Positions 16,065 to 26,817 of a stretch of 64,000 nt of DNA are shown piece by piece. A program made the position numbers and the translations under genes. The first letter of the stretch is position 1; the number at the start of each line of letters is the position of its first letter. The DNA lies in the NCBI GenBank assembly GCA_028864975.1, contig JAGWLG010000008.1, positions 1 through 64,000 on the forward strand, read 5' to 3'. The DNA comes from Thermoplasmata archaeon (GTDB lineage: Archaea > Thermoplasmatota > Thermoplasmata > Lutacidiplasmatales > UBA184). The notes beneath the pieces were generated by a model. That model was not told where the DNA came from and did not search any database. It saw nothing but the letters and a program-made list of their open reading frames with translations.

Positions 16065-18505
16065 TCACTCCTCGTCCCAGGCCAGCGCCGTTCCCCCGGC
16101 GAACTTCCAGGGGTTCATCACGGTGACCCCGTCGCCCTTCGCCCGCCCGTCCAGCGCCGACCACATCATTCGGTGGTCCCCCCAGACCGTGTGGGGCGTC
16201 CCGTCGTCCAGCATGATGAAGGCCCCAACGACCGTTCCGTGGGGTAGAACCTCCTCCAGCCGACCGTGCACTCTCTCCGTCTCCGGTTCGTCGTTCTCGT
16301 TCTCGCTCATTGTTACTCTCTCAGATGCTCGTACTGCGGCCCCGGCTCCGGGGTCCCGCTCATCTTCAACTCGGCGGTGCCAGCGTCGCGTCCGGCGGAG
16401 TCACCTCGGCCAGGTCGTAGTCCCTCATCCGCGCCTCGAAGTCCTTGTCCGCCGCCAGGTTGTCCCACCCGTGGTAGTGACCCCACACACGGTACGTTCC
16501 CAGCGTCTGCGCTCTCTCGCCAGGCTCGACCTGCATGTGCGTCGCCAGCCTTCCGTCCGGGTCCCGCGTCCACAGCACGATTCGGAACGGGGGTGTCGAT
16601 TCGTCGCCCGGGAACAAGCTCGTCTGTCTCAGGATTCTGTCGCTCATTCGTCCTCCACACCTTCCCCGGCACAGTCCTCGAACTCACGGTCCGCGTCCAT
16701 GTACCGGAACTTCTCCCGCTCATCGGCCGGGAGCGGTCCTTCGACCTTCACCGGATACCCCCAGTAGGTCGCGGCGCTGCCCGCGAACCGGGACACTGCC
16801 CTCAGTTCCCCGTAGCGGGTGACCGCACCCTGCTCGTCCGTGAAGGTCTCGAACACCTTCTTCTCGATGGTCCCGGAGGTGCAGCCGATTCGCCGTGTGT
16901 CCGTGTGCTCGAAGATGACCCAGCGAACGGGCATGGACTCCGGTGTCGGGTTGCTCTCACTCGTTGGTGCGCCGCTCATCGCTTCTCCGGCTTGACTCGC
17001 TCCAGCACGATTTCGGTGGCGGTTACGCTTTTCACCCGGACTCGGGTGAACACCGCCTCCTCCCAGGTGTAGAGCTTCGCCACCGTTCCCGGTCGGAAGA
17101 CCCGCTTCACCCGGTCCTTCTCTGTCATGGGTCCGTCCTCTTCAGCACCTCGAAGGTGAGGCAGTGGGTACAGATGCGGGCCTCCTCTCCCTCGTTCAGC
17201 GGGCGCGTGGTCTCAACGGAGTAGTCCCAGTTGTGCCCTCCCAGGACCGTCTCGCACTCCTTACGCTTCTCGGCGTTCATGCCCTCTGGTCCACCATCCT
17301 ACAGAACTTGTCGAAGCGGTCGCTCCAGATGTGGCCGTCGTGCGGAGACTCCTCCAACTCGACCCACGCATCGACGAGCCCGAGCCGCTGAATCTCCGCG
17401 GCGAAGCTATCTTCGTTGTCCGGTCCCCCGCCCCCGATGCTGCCCTCGATGAGGGCGCAAATCAGTTCCTCGTCCGTCAGTTGGTCAGCCGTGGTGTTCT
17501 CGTCCATCTTCGACTCGCCTCCGTTGTACCCTCGCGCACGTCCGGCAAATGTCGCCGAGCCTGACCCGCCGGTCGTAGGTATCCCGTGAGGCCCACTCGT
17601 CTGTCCAGTGGGCATCGAACGGGCGACCGCATAGCATCCGTGCGTTGTCTCTGGCCTGCGTGCGTCGGTAGGGTTCCGCGACGATGTGCCACGTCGGGCT
17701 GTAGATTCCGTTCCGCCACGCCGACGGCTTGCTTCCTTCCGCCAGCAGGATTGTCCCTGTCTCGGTCATTCTTTGTCCTTGGCCGGGGTCCCCTTCGCCG
17801 GTAGCAGGCTCATCACGCCGTTCTCCGCCACCTTCAGTTCCCACTCGCTCCCGATGGGGTAGACGCCCTTCTGGCTCCACGGCAGAAGCATCATCACCGC
17901 GGTGTAGGGTGGGATGGCAGCGCGGATGAACGTCACCTCGACCATGGGCTCGGTTTCCGTCAGCCTCTTGTAGACCAGGCTCGATACGAAGACCTTCAAC
18001 TTCTCACTCTCCCTTCTCTGTCGTCGTCTGTCCTCTCAGCCGGTCCATCGCGGCGTAGTGCTCGGCCTCCCGTTGCCGGTCCGACTCGTCCTCCTCCTTC
18101 AGCCAGAGCACCTTCCCGAGGTAGCTCCTCGGTACGATGATGGCGGAGTACCGGCCGGCCGGCCCCGGTTCGTGAGGCTTGTAGGGATAGGGCTCCTGGC
18201 CCGGCCCGTTCGCGGAGTAGTACGTGCTCCGCGCCGGGTCTATCCAAAGCTCGTCCACGCGGCGCGCAAAGGCTTCCAGAAACTCCGGCGGTAGCTGGCC
18301 GCAGGTGGGACACCTCTTCCCCGCCACGATGGTCACGCGGTCGAGGGTGAAGGCCGGCTCGACCGGCTTCGCGTCCAGCTTGTCAGGGGGGCTCGGGTTC
18401 TTCTCCATCCGCTTCACACTCCTCCGGTTCGATGTCTGCGACCTCGAACGCGACGTCCGAGTCCTCGTCCTCCCAGACGCAGGATAGCCCGATGGCTTCG
18501 CTCAC
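16065..18505 (-). other. run of about 10 small co-oriented hypothetical ORFs (16065-16310, 16366-16647, 16644-16979, 16976-17128, 17125-17280, 17277-17507, 17485-17769, 17766-17999, 18004-18417)
   Basis: Tight ATGA-type coupling and GGAG/GAGG SD motifs; no recognisable domains. Confidence 0.55.
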
Positions 18506-18945
18506 GACTTCCCCGCCCGCCGCGCCTTCCCGCCTTCGGTCCGCTGCCTGTAGAGCCACCCGCGGAGCTTCTTCAGTTCGCGCTCCTCGTCCACGGAGAG
18601 CCCGTTCACCCGCACGTCGTCGAGCGCAGGCTGATGCCCCCCGATGAACCTCTCCATCACCTTCGGTGCCAGGTTGAGGTAGACCTTGGTGAGCCGGTCG
18701 CCCATGGGCCTCGTGAGGCTCGCCGTGTACAGGTACGCGACGACCTCGGCGTCCCCCGCCTCCTTCGACGGCGCACTTCTTCCCAGGTCCGCCGCGTTCT
18801 GCGCCAGGCGTTCCATCTTCACCGCGCCCTTCAGCCACTCGGGGAGCGTCTCTCCCCAGCCGCCCGGCATCACGATGACCGGGTCCATGAGCGCGCCGAC
18901 CAAGTTCTCGATTCCTCGCTTGACAGCCGCGTCCTCTCCCTTCAT
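18502..18945 (-). CDS. conserved hypothetical protein
   Basis: LVGALMDPVIVMPGGWGETLPEWL...DAEVVAYLYTASL pattern, recalled from prokaryotic virus hypothetical proteins. Confidence 0.7.
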   Translation of the reverse strand: MKGEDAAVKRGIENLVGALMDPVIVMPGGWGETLPEWLKGAVKMERLAQNAADLGRSAPSKEAGDAEVVAYLYTASLTRPMGDRLTKVYLNLAPKVMERFIGGHQPALDDVRVNGLSVDEERELKKLRGWLYRQRTEGGKARRAGKS

Positions 18946-19472
18946 GTTGTGCTCCGTCCCTGCTCCGCGCGCCGCTCCGCTCTCAGTATCGGTTCGACCA
19001 GCCAATCCAGGTCGAGCGTGGTCTGGGGAACCAGTTCCCGGACCGCTTCCTTGAACCCGACCTCGTCCCGAACCTTCGGGTGGCCGTGGTGCGCCCTGGA
19101 ACAGTCCCCACACTGGACCGGGTACGACCCGCCGAGCATCATCGAGCGCGAGACCATGATGCGCCCGTGGTCGCACTTCCCGCAGCCGGGGACGTAGAGG
19201 AACGTCTCCCGGTCACGGCGCCAGGCCGGACAGTGGGGCGGGTGCGACCAGACCTCGACCCCGGAGAGGTCCTCGACGGTGCTCTTGAACGCCGGTGCCC
19301 CGGTGCACGGGTAGCAGAGACCGTTCCACGTCCCCGCGTACAGTTCCGCCGGGTGCCCCGAGCCGTCCCCCTCCAGCGGCTTGCCACAGTTCCGGCAGGA
19401 CATCGGTGGAAGGAACCCGTCCCGGTCCATCACGGCGGCGAACGGGTGCGTGAGAACGTCGGCGCCGGTCAC
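18942..19472 (-). CDS. multi-Cys zinc-binding protein
   Basis: CRNCG, CYPC, HCP, CGKC, CGDC. Confidence 0.65.
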   Translation of the reverse strand: MTGADVLTHPFAAVMDRDGFLPPMSCRNCGKPLEGDGSGHPAELYAGTWNGLCYPCTGAPAFKSTVEDLSGVEVWSHPPHCPAWRRDRETFLYVPGCGKCDHGRIMVSRSMMLGGSYPVQCGDCSRAHHGHPKVRDEVGFKEAVRELVPQTTLDLDWLVEPILRAERRAEQGRSTT

Positions 19473-19675
19473 GCCCGCCCCTCCCGGTTCGCTGCCTGGA
19501 ACGCATCCCACTCGGGGGAGGGTCCGAGCGGCCGGATGGTGAGCACATGGTCGGAGCCCCACCGCGAGTGCTCAAGACCGCACGCTGGGCAGGGCACGTT
19601 CTCGCTCGCCGGGCCGTCCACGTTCACGGTGTGCCAGGGACCGGACTCCGTGAACTTCGCTCGCTTGACGCTCAT
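19469..19675 (-). CDS. small Zn-ribbon protein
   Basis: CPACGLEH. Confidence 0.55.
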   Translation of the reverse strand: MSVKRAKFTESGPWHTVNVDGPASENVPCPACGLEHSRWGSDHVLTIRPLGPSPEWDAFQAANREGRA

Positions 19676-20047
19676 GGCTCACTCTTCTCCTTCCGGCTCT
19701 TGGATAGGCGCGACCTGTAGAAGCTGGCTCGCCACGTACTGGGCCTGCCTCCGGGTCAGGCGAATCTGCGCTTCCCCTTGCACGATGACCACGTCGTAGC
19801 CTATCGGCGGCGCCCCTACGGGTGTCGCCACGGTTGGTGTCCTTGGTGTCATGTTCGTTTCACCCCTGCGACCGCTCCAAAGCCTGGATGGTCGAGTAGA
19901 GCCGTTCGTTCTCGCGGAGCCGCTCTCGGTTGGCCGCGTCCTCGTCGAAGCGGTGCTTTCCGGCGCCCTCCTTGAGGCGGCGGCGCAGTTCCCGCATCCT
20001 CTCCCGCATCTGGGCCTTGATGTCGGCCACGGTCAGGACGTACCCGC

Positions 20048-20368
20048 TCATGCAATTCTCCCAAGAAGCTCCTTGACCTCGGCGTCGGTGAGGGAGGCGT
20101 CCTTGTTGTCCAGCACCTTCGACCGGCAAACGAAGGCCGGGCCGCGGATGTACTGGTCCGGTCCGGCCAGGAGCGTCGCACGGGGATTGTAGAGGAGGTT
20201 GTAGATGATGCCCTCCTCGTTCACGACGAGCAGCAGCCCCTTGAACCCCGGTATCCCGGTCGGCTCGATGAGCCCACCCACCAGGGCTTGCAGCGGCTCC
20301 AGCTTCGGCTCCACCTCCCGGACCTCGGGCGCACCTTCGACCGGGATGTAGAGGACCTTCGCTGTCAT
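20048..20368 (-). CDS. DUF3846-family protein
   Basis: LEPLQALVGGLIE...VNEEG...NPRAT...IRGPAFV. Confidence 0.8.
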   Translation of the reverse strand: MTAKVLYIPVEGAPEVREVEPKLEPLQALVGGLIEPTGIPGFKGLLLVVNEEGIIYNLLYNPRATLLAGPDQYIRGPAFVCRSKVLDNKDASLTDAEVKELLGRIA

Positions 20369-20757
20369 GGCGTCGCCTTCCCGTTCCGATGCTCCTCGGT
20401 CAGCGTCTCCGTGCCTGCCTCGGTCTCCTTGAAGAAGAGCCCACAGTTCAGGCAATCGTAGAATCCTTCCTCGTCGGGTCCGACGACGTTCTCGGAGCTA
20501 CAGCCGGGAATCTTGTGAGGTCCCGACGGGCATCGAATCACATCCAGGCGCGCTCGGTTCATCTTCACCATCAGGTCCGCTGCGAGCTTCACCCGCTCGA
20601 CGGCGAACGGTGCGCTCTCCTGGATGGGGATGGTGATGCACAGTTGAGTCACCCCGCCGCCCTTCACCGGGCTTACGACGCTCGCAATCCCCCCGAACTC
20701 GCTCAGCAATTCTCCCAGGGCTCTCAGGTCGGTCTCGTCCAGCTTACGCGGTGGCAT
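20365..20757 (-). CDS. hypothetical protein with Zn site
   Basis: CPSG..C..DCLNCG. Confidence 0.6.
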   Translation of the reverse strand: MPPRKLDETDLRALGELLSEFGGIASVVSPVKGGGVTQLCITIPIQESAPFAVERVKLAADLMVKMNRARLDVIRCPSGPHKIPGCSSENVVGPDEEGFYDCLNCGLFFKETEAGTETLTEEHRNGKATP

Positions 20758-21031
20758 CTGCTACTCCCTTCGCTCCGGTCTGGTCTCCCCACCTGTCGCT
20801 CTCCCAGGTATGCCCGTCGTACTCGCGCACCTGGCCGGGCTTGAGGCCACAGTCGCACGGGGTCTTGCCCTTGTAGGTGCGCAGGTCCTCCACCCGAATC
20901 TGCCGCTTCCACTTGAGGAAGCCGGCCCGGGTGTGGACGTGGTGCTGCCCGAGGAGCCCCATCACGGCGTTCTGGACGTGGACGTTCCCGTCGGGCGTCG
21001 TCGTCGCGTAGAAGGTCATGCTCAGCATCAT
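20744..21031 (-). CDS. hypothetical protein
   Basis: HHVH and CDCG motifs, operonic. Confidence 0.55.
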   Translation of the reverse strand: MMLSMTFYATTTPDGNVHVQNAVMGLLGQHHVHTRAGFLKWKRQIRVEDLRTYKGKTPCDCGLKPGQVREYDGHTWESDRWGDQTGAKGVADATA

Positions 21032-21038
21032 CGCTCTC

Positions 21039-21389
21039 CTACTGGCACGTTCCTGTGCCGTCGGTCTCCGGGTCCCCGCCGTGGATGTAGGACCACTCGG
21101 GCTCCTCCACGTTGTACCACTTCGAGACCACCTTGGCCTCCGGGTCCACCCCGTGGACGAGCTTCTCCACCTCCTTGTGGACGGAGTCGTCCTCCTCGTT
21201 CGCCGCGTCGGAGTAGCTGCACGCCAACTCTCCCCAGTACGTCACGCCGCGCCCGGAGCCGGTCGCCCCGGTCAGCACGGCCATGGGCACGCTCTCCTCC
21301 CCGACCCGGAAGTACGGGTCGAGCACCTTTCTCACGGCCTCGGGCCTCTCCGTCACCACGTTGAACCGCACGTACTCGTTCGTTCCCAT
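21039..21389 (-). CDS. hypothetical protein
   Basis: 116-aa ORF, SD. Confidence 0.6.
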   Translation of the reverse strand: MGTNEYVRFNVVTERPEAVRKVLDPYFRVGEESVPMAVLTGATGSGRGVTYWGELACSYSDAANEEDDSVHKEVEKLVHGVDPEAKVVSKWYNVEEPEWSYIHGGDPETDGTGTCQ

Positions 21390-21404
21390 CGTCTTCTCCT
21401 TCCC

Positions 21405-21641
21405 TCAGAACCACCACGCCTTCAGGTCGCGGTGCGCCACGGCGAACCGCTTCGCCCAGGCGAGGCTCTTGAACGGGCCGTAGCCGCAGTGCTCGGAGAA
21501 CTCCACGTCCCAGCCCGGCTCGTTCAGCCGCTTCTCGATTTCCACGTAGACCAAGTCGTCGTTGGTCCGGCTCGACCGCCAGGTCTCGCCCCGGTTCGTG
21601 TGCTCGCGCGGCTGCTTCTTGAACGGTGTCCACTTCGGCAT
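21405..21641 (-). CDS. hypothetical protein
   Basis: Start MPKWTPF at 21641. Confidence 0.55.
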   Translation of the reverse strand: MPKWTPFKKQPREHTNRGETWRSSRTNDDLVYVEIEKRLNEPGWDVEFSEHCGYGPFKSLAWAKRFAVAHRDLKAWWF

Positions 21642-21646
21642 CGGTC

Positions 21647-22678
21647 TCAGACTCCCCGTAGCCCGCCGCTCTCGACCAGCACGCTGTCCTCCGCGCCCTC
21701 GCCCCGGAGCACCGCGAGCATCGCCTCCTCGTCCCTCTTCATCACGTAGAGGTCCACCCCTACCGAGAAGAGGTTGCTCGTCGGGCTGATGACCCAGACG
21801 CACGGGATTTCGGAGCCCTCCTTCTTCTGCTTCTGGAAAAGCTCCTCCAGCGGGACCGCGTGCCGGGTCGCCAGGTCGCCCCCGTTCCCCATTGGACAGG
21901 CCCAGGTGTCCACCACGCGGGTCCACGTCCCATCGTTGTCCACCTTGACCTTGCCCGGGGTCTTGGTGACCCCGCGCCAGGCACCCAATGGCTGCCAACC
22001 GATGAGCCGACCGATGGAGCGCGCCACGTCCCACGGGTCAAGCTGCTCTCCCCTGACCTTCAGGGAGCGGTTGTCGCCGGAGGTGACCGTCATGGTCTTG
22101 TCCCCCACCGCGACCCCGAAGGCAAGTCCCCCCGCGTCGATGCCCAGGACCGTGGTCGAGTGCTCGCTCTGGCTCTCCTCGCACCACAGGCAGATGTCGA
22201 TGGACGTTCTGGGGTCGATGGTGGTCTCGTACTCGTCGCCGTCGCCGATGTACCGGGTCTCCTCGGCGTTGCCGTTGTGGGCGAGCATGAAGACCTCGCT
22301 CCCATCCGGGTAGAGGTTCCCCCGCCGGCCCCAGTCGTGCCGGTGCGAGAGGTCCGTCCCGGTCGGGTCGGCCTCTTGCTCCGCCTTCTTGGACGCCTCG
22401 TAGTCGTCCGAGGCCAGGATGCCGAGCCCGCCACAGTCGTCGCACCGGAACAGCACGAAGTCCTCGTCCTTCACCAGGTCCGCGATGGTGCGCCCGAAGT
22501 ACCTCTCCACCGAGAGGTGGAACTGGGGCGGGCTCATGTAGTCCCGGCGACCCGGGGCGTCGGCGGGCTGCGCCTTCCACTCCCGGTACTTCTCTTCGTA
22601 CTCCTTCGCGCTCCGCTCGTACTCGCGGAGCTTGCGCACGGCGGTCGTGAATCCCTTCTCTCCCTTTCGTAGCTGCAT
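21647..22678 (-). CDS. hypothetical protein (343 aa)
   Basis: Long ORF, GAGGAAAAC-ATG; CDDCG and CLWC motifs. Confidence 0.75.
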   Translation of the reverse strand: MQLRKGEKGFTTAVRKLREYERSAKEYEEKYREWKAQPADAPGRRDYMSPPQFHLSVERYFGRTIADLVKDEDFVLFRCDDCGGLGILASDDYEASKKAEQEADPTGTDLSHRHDWGRRGNLYPDGSEVFMLAHNGNAEETRYIGDGDEYETTIDPRTSIDICLWCEESQSEHSTTVLGIDAGGLAFGVAVGDKTMTVTSGDNRSLKVRGEQLDPWDVARSIGRLIGWQPLGAWRGVTKTPGKVKVDNDGTWTRVVDTWACPMGNGGDLATRHAVPLEELFQKQKKEGSEIPCVWVISPTSNLFSVGVDLYVMKRDEEAMLAVLRGEGAEDSVLVESGGLRGV

Positions 22679-22704
22679 GTTTTCCTCTTGACCTCGCTGT
22701 CGCT

Positions 22705-22772
22705 GATTGTTTGACTGGCTGATGGGCCGGTAGGCTGACCGGCTGATGGGTCGGTGGGTCGCTCAGTGGATT
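22705..22772 (+). repeat. period-4 GRY-N tandem array (intergenic)
   Basis: GAT-T GTT-T GAC-T GGC-T GAT-G GGC-C GGT-A GGC-T GAC-C GGC-T GAT-G GGT-C GGT-G GGT-C, then 3 less regular units. Confidence 0.75.
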
Positions 22773-22786
22773 TGCTGCTCGGCGAA

Positions 22787-23023
22787 TCACTCTATCGGCA
22801 GGTGCCACCGGCCATCAAGCTCGGCCTCGGTGAGACACCCCGGGAACGGCTGCACCCGACCGGCCCGCTGCTCGTCACGGTAGACCCCGAGCAGAAGCAT
22901 CCCCTCCATGCTGTCGAAGGGGTGCGCCTCATAGTCGATGCCGAGCGGGGTCCGGATTTGCCTCAGCCTCTCATCTACAATCCAGGCGATGCCACCAGAG
23001 CGGAAGGTGGGTAGGGCTCCCAT
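22787..23023 (-). CDS. hypothetical protein
   Basis: Start MGALPTF at 23023. Confidence 0.5.
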   Translation of the reverse strand: MGALPTFRSGGIAWIVDERLRQIRTPLGIDYEAHPFDSMEGMLLLGVYRDEQRAGRVQPFPGCLTEAELDGRWHLPIE

Positions 23024-24849
23024 CACTTCCCCTGGAGGACCTTCTCGCACACGACCTTCTCTTCCCCGTAGTCCATGTACTCCGGGTCCACGTCGCGCAG
23101 GGCCTTCTCCCGAGCGTCGCGCGGGTCCCGGGCGTTTACCCTCACCCGCCACGTCTTCGTCACCGTCACCACGTACAGCGGCATCGTTCGCTCACTCCTC
23201 CCGGTACTGCCCGACTTCCTTCAGGTCCTCGACGAAGTACTCCGCGTCCTCGGGCACGACCCGGAGCCAGATGCCGTTCTTGTTCTCGTCCTTCACGGTC
23301 CCCTTCTCGGAGAAGACCACGTAGAACGTACCCGGCAGACTCTTGCTCTTCACCACGCGCGCTCTCACGTTCGTCTCTCCTTGAAGTCGTTCGGGCAGAG
23401 CCACGACATCTCCTCGGCCCTCCGCTTGAAACCGGAGGCCCCATCGACCTCGTACCGCCCCGGCTCGACCCTTCCGTCCCTAGCGCCGTCGTAAAGCTCG
23501 TTCATCAGGGCCACGAGCGCCCTCTTCCTGATGGCGGGGGACGTTGCGACCGGCATCGCGGTGCAGTACGACCCGTCCTCGACGGGGTGCCACTCGCGGC
23601 CCACCTTCCGGTACACGTAGAACCGGAGAAGCTCCTCGTCCTCCGGGTCGTCCGGGTCGAAGTCCCCCTGCCAGCCCTCTCCGGTCTCCTCCCACTCGAC
23701 CTTCACCTGGCCGTCCCGACTGATGGCCTTGGTCGGGGTCAGCGTGCCGCACCGGCTGTCGTGCGCTTTCATGGGTCTGCCCACGGGCCTTCACACTCCT
23801 CGCCGTTGATGCGTTCGTGCGGGCCGGCCCTTCCGTGCTTGCGCAGCCTCCGCTCGGGCTTCTCCATGGGCTCCTCCGCGACTTCGGCCTTGTAACTCCT
23901 GTGCAGGTCGCTCGCGCATTGTTCCGACCGGACCACCCGAATCGTGTCCCCGGGCTCAAAGGCCCGTAGACCGTTCCCGTCGATGGCCTCCTTGATGTGC
24001 TCGACGCAGAGCCGGTGGTACTTCTCGCTCACGAGCCCTCCTCGTCCTCGTCGTCGGCCCCGTACTCGTAGTCCGTGTTCGCGCTGTCCAGGTCCAGCCA
24101 GGAGGTGCCGACCTTCGCCGCCGGGTCCGCCTTCCTCACGGCCTCGACCAGTTGGGCGTGGCGTTCCTTGGGCGTTGTCCCTGCGAAGAGGTCATGCTCG
24201 CCCCGGGCGCCGACGCTCATCTTGTCGCAGCAGAAGCCATACGGGGCGCGGCGGGTACGGTTCCCTTCCCCGGTCCAGTCCATGACCCGGCGGATGGCCG
24301 TCAGGACCGCCGCCGGTCGCTTGGTCTCTTGCACGTTCACCCACACGTAGAAGGTGTCGCCCATGCTGGTCTCACTCCTCCGGGTTCGGGTCCAGCACCT
24401 TCTCCCACGTCGGGTCGAGGTACGTCAGGACGGTCGCTGCGTCCTGCATCGCGTTCGCCACCTCCGCGTCCCAGGTCGAGGTGTAGTCTTTCCTGGCCGC
24501 GCAGGTCGCACGTCCGAGGTGAACGAGGATGTCCACCAGGGCGCTCTCGACCTTCTTGGGCAGGCTGACCCCGGCCCGCAGGTTCTTTTCCAGTCGCTTG
24601 AAGTCGTCCACGTTCCTCACCTCACAGCCCGAAGAAGGCAGGGTCCGAGTCCTGCTTCTCCAAGAGCTTCTTCATCCGGGCCGCTGAGACCTCCTCGGAC
24701 TTGGCGACGCTCACGGAGCCCGAGCAATCACCGTCGGTGATGTCTCTGAAGACTTGGTCCAGGTCCGGCACATTGTAGGGTCCCGGGCTCAAGACCTCGA
24801 CCTTGATGATGGTCCGGTAGAACTTCTTCTTGCTCGCCACGTTCCTCAC
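23020..24849 (-). other. run of small hypothetical ORFs (about 23020-23184, 23192-23404, 23365-23772, 23769-24032, 24029-24364, 24372-24620, 24622-24849)
   Basis: Coupled ORFs with GAGGTGA/GGAGTGA SDs; 23365-23772 has a GEGWQGDFDPDDPED...SYCT pattern recalled from phage hypothetical proteins. Confidence 0.6.
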
Positions 24850-24850
24850 C

Positions 24851-25561
24851 TCAGAGCTTCAGGTCGAGGTGGTGGGGCCAGAAAGCCCTGTCCATCTCCG
24901 ACGAGACCTCCACGGCTCCCGCGAGCGGCACCCGGGAGACCTCGCTCTCCGCGAGCAGCCGCATGACCGCCGGGCGCACGCCCCAGAACCCGAGCCGGGC
25001 CTGGTCCAGAATCTCCGTCGCCGCCCACCGTTGGTCGTCTCCCTTCGCCTCCTCGTGGAGGTAGTACATCAGGGACCGGCTGATGCCGGTCGCCACGCCC
25101 TTCACGTTGAAGGGTCGGCGCTCCTGCGGGGAGGTGGGCGACGGGGCGACTGGCGCGGGCGAGCCCGGCGGCGTCGGAGCCCGGGCCCCCACGGCGAGCG
25201 CTCGCGCAGCGTCCCGGGCGTTGGTCAGGCGCTCCAGGATGACCGCGCGCTTGCGCGGGTCCGGGTCGGAACAGACCTGCTCAAAGAGCAAGTCCCCGAT
25301 GGTGATGGACTCCATCGGTCGGCGCTGGCGCTCTCCGCGCTGCTCCGTTCCGTGGCCACGCATCCGGTTCCGTCGGACCGCCTGCATCACCTCGCGGCGC
25401 AGGTTCTCCGGGAGCGCGGAGAGGATGCCGCCTCCGACCCAGACCGAGCCCGCCTTCAGAGCGGCCACGGTCGGGAGGGCGTTGGGCACCTCGTTGTTTG
25501 CCGGGATACCGCCCGGCGCGGCGTTCGGGTAGGGCACGGCTGGGGTCTGGGTTGCCGTCAT
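24851..25561 (-). CDS. hypothetical protein
   Basis: First ORF downstream of a CGAGGGTGG element. Confidence 0.7.
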   Translation of the reverse strand: MTATQTPAVPYPNAAPGGIPANNEVPNALPTVAALKAGSVWVGGGILSALPENLRREVMQAVRRNRMRGHGTEQRGERQRRPMESITIGDLLFEQVCSDPDPRKRAVILERLTNARDAARALAVGARAPTPPGSPAPVAPSPTSPQERRPFNVKGVATGISRSLMYYLHEEAKGDDQRWAATEILDQARLGFWGVRPAVMRLLAESEVSRVPLAGAVEVSSEMDRAFWPHHLDLKL

Positions 25562-25619
25562 TTTTACCACCCTCGATAGAGGCGGGAGCGCCCCGCCCCT
25601 GGCACCACGCTTCAGCCGG

Positions 25620-26033
25620 TCAGTTGAAAGGTGCGCCCTCGCTCTTGCACCAGCACTCTTCCTTCGTCAGTTGAACGTCCGCGCTTGGCTCGCAAGCGTT
25701 CGCCGGGTGCCGGACGGCCTCGACGCCGAACACCGCGGACACGACCTCGGTTCCCGCGTCGTCCATCGCGCAGAGGTAGTCGGAGTCCACGCCGTCCGGC
25801 CCGCAGTTGTGGCCGCTCTCGACGGTGGACCGTAGCTCGTCCAGAAGGCGCTGCGGCACGATGCCGAAGCTCCCGAGCTTCTCGACCAGGGCAACGGCCA
25901 TGCGCAACTCTCCGAGGGCTGTTCCCCCGAAGTCCCCTCCGGCCACGACCCTAGCCGCGGCGATGAGGCGGCGCACGGACATCTGGCGCTCGTTCGGCGG
26001 TATGGCGTTCGCTGAGGTGTCGTTCTCTGGCAT
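25620..26033 (-). CDS. hypothetical cassette ORF
   Basis: ATG directly after the repeat element. Confidence 0.65.
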   Translation of the reverse strand: MPENDTSANAIPPNERQMSVRRLIAAARVVAGGDFGGTALGELRMAVALVEKLGSFGIVPQRLLDELRSTVESGHNCGPDGVDSDYLCAMDDAGTEVVSAVFGVEAVRHPANACEPSADVQLTKEECWCKSEGAPFN

Positions 26034-26074
26034 GGATTTCCACCCTCGGGTGCGGCCCCGAAGGGCCGCGGCGC

Positions 26075-26392
26075 TCAAGCGTTGTCCGCGTGGTACGCCG
26101 CCCACATCAGGGCTCCGGTGAGGCTCGGCCCTCCGGTCGCGCGGAGAGCTTCCTCCAACACCGCGAGCGGTGCCTGGACCTCCTGGCGCGCCAGGGCGAA
26201 GCGAATGTCCATCAGGGCTCCGCACGCCATGACCGCGTGGTCGGACCGGCAGGCGGCGGTGTGGACGTGGGGCGGATGCTCCCCGAACAGGTCGGAGAAC
26301 ACCCGGTTGGTCTCGGCACGGCAAAGGAGACCGTCAAGGGCGCTGGCGATGGCAAGGTCGTCGCTGGGCGCTGGGGTCGCTCTGTCGCTCAT
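26075..26392 (-). CDS. hypothetical cassette ORF
   Basis: ATG after the element; HxH...C..H cluster. Confidence 0.65.
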   Translation of the reverse strand: MSDRATPAPSDDLAIASALDGLLCRAETNRVFSDLFGEHPPHVHTAACRSDHAVMACGALMDIRFALARQEVQAPLAVLEEALRATGGPSLTGALMWAAYHADNA

Positions 26393-26435
26393 GGTTTCCA
26401 CCCTCGGGTCCGGGCCTCTCGGCCCGGGAATAGGT

Positions 26436-26669
26436 TCACGCCACCTCACCGGAGGCGACGCGCGGTGTGTGTAGCTCCCGGCCCGTGGCCACCGGCGTGA
26501 CGGCTGTCACGTCGCACGCGGCCACGTACCAGGTCCACACTCCGCACGTCTCACCGATGGCGGCGTAGGGACACTCTCCGTGCTGCTCGACCTCCTGGAC
26601 AAGCTCGACACGGAGGTTGTCCCTGATGCGCTCGACCCAGACGAGACTCGGGTCTCGGGTTTGCATCAT
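26436..26669 (-). CDS. hypothetical cassette ORF
   Basis: ATG after the element. Confidence 0.6.
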   Translation of the reverse strand: MMQTRDPSLVWVERIRDNLRVELVQEVEQHGECPYAAIGETCGVWTWYVAACDVTAVTPVATGRELHTPRVASGEVA

Positions 26670-26817
26670 GGGGACCACCCTCGGGCGCCCGGACTTCCAG
26701 AGCCCGGGCGTTGGTCGCTCGCGGGGACGGTGAGAAGGAGCGAAGCGAACCTCTCGTGGACTAAGCCAGGGACGTTCGCTCCTCCCACCTTGGTATAGTC
26801 AGGCGCGGGTCTGGTTC

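Noticed and set aside
24604-24854. 17-bp direct repeat CCACGTTCCTCACCTCA at two gene starts
   Set aside because: Mostly explained by a shared GAGGTGA SD plus start codons; weak evidence for anything more
26684-26817. tRNA-like or riboswitch element in this intergenic gap
   Set aside because: Some pairing is visible, but no cloverleaf, T-loop or recognisable Rfam signature; no tRNA was seen anywhere in the window
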